A stretch of 63,764 nucleotides of DNA, counting the filler, from Octopus bimaculoides (taxonomy: Eukaryota), in the NCBI RefSeq assembly GCF_001194135.2. It is 5 parts of 4 records of this genome, joined end to end, with 100 filler letters (N's around TTAATTAATTAA, not from the genome) between each part and the next. Parts side by side here need not be neighbours in the genome. Positions count along the whole stretch, not along the records: positions 61,474 to 63,764 come from NW_026430914.1; 4 more parts are not named here. One strand, written 5' to 3'. A program made the translations under genes and the position numbers. The notes below the pieces were generated by a model. The model searched no databases. It worked only from the letters and a program-made list of their open reading frames with translations, and was not told the DNA's origin. Shown piece by piece: positions 61,474 through 63,764 of this stretch; position 1 is the stretch's first letter; the number at the start of each line of letters is the position of its first letter.

Positions 61474-63764
61474 CACATACGTACATACACATATACACAC
61501 ATACATACATACGTACATACACACATACATACATACGTATATACACATATACACACATACATACATACGTACATACACACATACCTACATACGTACATAC
61601 ACACATACCTACATACACACATACATACATACGTACATACACACATACANNNNNNNNNNNNNNNNNNNNNNNNNNNNNNNNNNNNNNNNNNNNNNNNNNN
61701 NNNNNNNNNNNNNNNNNNNNNNNNNNNNNNNNNNNNNNNNNNNNNNNNNNNNNNNNNNNNNNNNNNNNNNNNNNNNNNNNNNNNNNNNNNNNNNNNNNNN
61801 NNNCACATACATACATACGTACATACACACATACACACATACGTACATACGTACTTACACACATACACACATACGTACATACACACATACATACATACGT
61901 ACATGCACACATACATACATACTACATACACACATACACACATAGTACATACACACATACATACATACGTACATACATACATACGTACATACACNNNNNN
62001 NNNNNNNNNNNNNNNNNNNNNNNNNNNNNNNNNNNNNNNNNNNNNNNNNNNNNNNNNNNNNNNNNNNNNNNNNNNNNNNNNNNNNNNNNNNNNNNNNNNN
62101 NNNNNNNNNNNNNNNNNNNNNNNNNNNNNNNNNNNNNNNNNNNNNNNNNNNNNNNNNNNNNNNNACACACATACACACATACGTACATACACACATACAC
62201 ACATACATACATACGTACACATACACACATATACATACATACGTACATACACATATACACACATACATACATACGTACATATACATATACACACATACAT
62301 NNNNNNNNNNNNNNNNNNNNNNNNNNNNNNNNNNNNNNNNNNNNNNNNNNNNNNNNNNNNNNNNNNNNNNNNNNNNNNNNNNNNNNNNNNNNNNNNNNNN
62401 NNNNNNNNNNNNNNNNNNNNNNNNNNNNNNNNNNNNNNNNNNNNNNNNNNNNNNNNNNNNNNNNNNNNNNNNNNNNNNNNNNNNNNNNNNNNNNNNNNNN
62501 NNNNNNNNNNNNNNNNNNNNNNNNNNNNNNNNNNNNNNNNNNNNNNNNNNNNNNNNNNNNNNNNNNNNNNNNNNNNNNNNNNNNNNNNNNNNNNNNNNNN
62601 NNNNNNNNNNNNNNNNNNNNNNNNNNNNNNNNNNNNNNNNNNNNNNNNNNNNNNNNNNNNNNNNNNNNNNNNNNNNNNNNNNNNNNNNNNNNNNNNNNNN
62701 NNNNNNNNNNNNNNNNNNNNNNNNNNNNNNNNNNNNNNNNNNNNNNNNNNNNNNNNNNNNNNNNNNNNNNNNNNNNNNNNNNNNNNNNNNNNNNNNNNNN
62801 NNNNNNNNNNNNNNNNNNNNNNNNNNNNNNNNNNNNNNNNNNNNNNNNNNNNNNNNNNNNNNNNNNNNNNNNNNNNNNNNNNNNNNNNNNNNNNNNNNNN
62901 NNNNNNNNNNNNNNNNNCACATGTACACATACACACATACACACGTACGTACACATACACACATACATACATACGTACACATGCACACACATACATACGT
63001 ACGTACACATACACACATACGTACACATACACACATACATACGTACGTACAATACACACATACATACNNNNNNNNNNNNNNNNNNNNNNNNNNNNNNNNN
63101 NNNNNNNNNNNNNNNNNNNNNNNNNCATACATACCTACGTACACATACACACATACATACGTACGTACACATACACACATACATTCATACGTACACATAC
63201 ACACATACACATACATACATACACATACATACATACGTACNNNNNNNNNNNNNNNNNNNNNNNNNNNNNNNNNNNNNNNNNNNNNNNNNNNNNNNNNNNN
63301 NNNNNNNNNNNNNNNNNNCATACATACATACGTACATACATACATACACATACATACGTACATACATAGACATACATACATACGTACATACATACATAGA
63401 CATATATACGTACGTACATACATAGACATATATACGTACATACATACATACGTACATACATACATACGTACATACNNNNNNNNNNNNNNNNNNNNNNNNN
63501 NNNNCATACATATACATACATACGTACATACATACATATACATACATACGTACACCTACATACATACGTACGTACATACATATACATACGTACGTACATA
63601 CATATACATACATACATACGTACGTACATACNNNNNNNNNNNTACATACGTACGTACATACATATACATACATACATACGTACGTACATACACATACATA
63701 CGTACGTACATACGTACACATACATACATACGTACGTACATACATACACATACATACATACGTA
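61474..63764. repeat. Compound ACAT/ACAC/ACGT satellite, more than 2.2 kb, running off the window
   Basis: Near-pure purine/pyrimidine-alternating units such as catacatacgtacatacacacata, interrupted by gaps; all long ORFs here are spurious. Confidence 0.95.

Overview
This is AT-rich, gap-riddled eukaryotic DNA, not prokaryotic. The microsatellite load and recurring tRNA-derived SINE families suggest an octopus genome, most like O. bimaculoides (inference; no search was run). Most of the supplied ORFs are artefacts of microsatellites and N runs. The only solid host-gene signal is one internal exon (25889-26111, minus strand) encoding the large extracellular loop of an SLC22/Orct-type organic ion transporter. 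The rest is mobile-element debris: two Penelope-like elements (Neptune-type RT plus GIY-YIG), several R4/Dong REL-endonuclease LINE pieces in (TAA)n arrays, RTE, CR1-like and Tx1/L1 LINE fragments, mariner derivatives, a Helitron fragment and three SINE families. The most interesting signal is RNA-level. A 325-nt tandem repeat at about 14632-15153 carries a canonical type I hammerhead ribozyme in each unit (intact core in copy 1, mutated in copy 2), which is the layout of a non-LTR retrozyme that could yield a small circular RNA. There is also an intact minimal Penelope-type hammerhead (37692-37754, minus), a decayed one (31821-31856, minus) and a 137-nt near-perfect hairpin (34407-34543). Four 100-bp N44-TTAATTAATTAA-N44 linkers are assembly artefacts, so contiguity across them is unproven.
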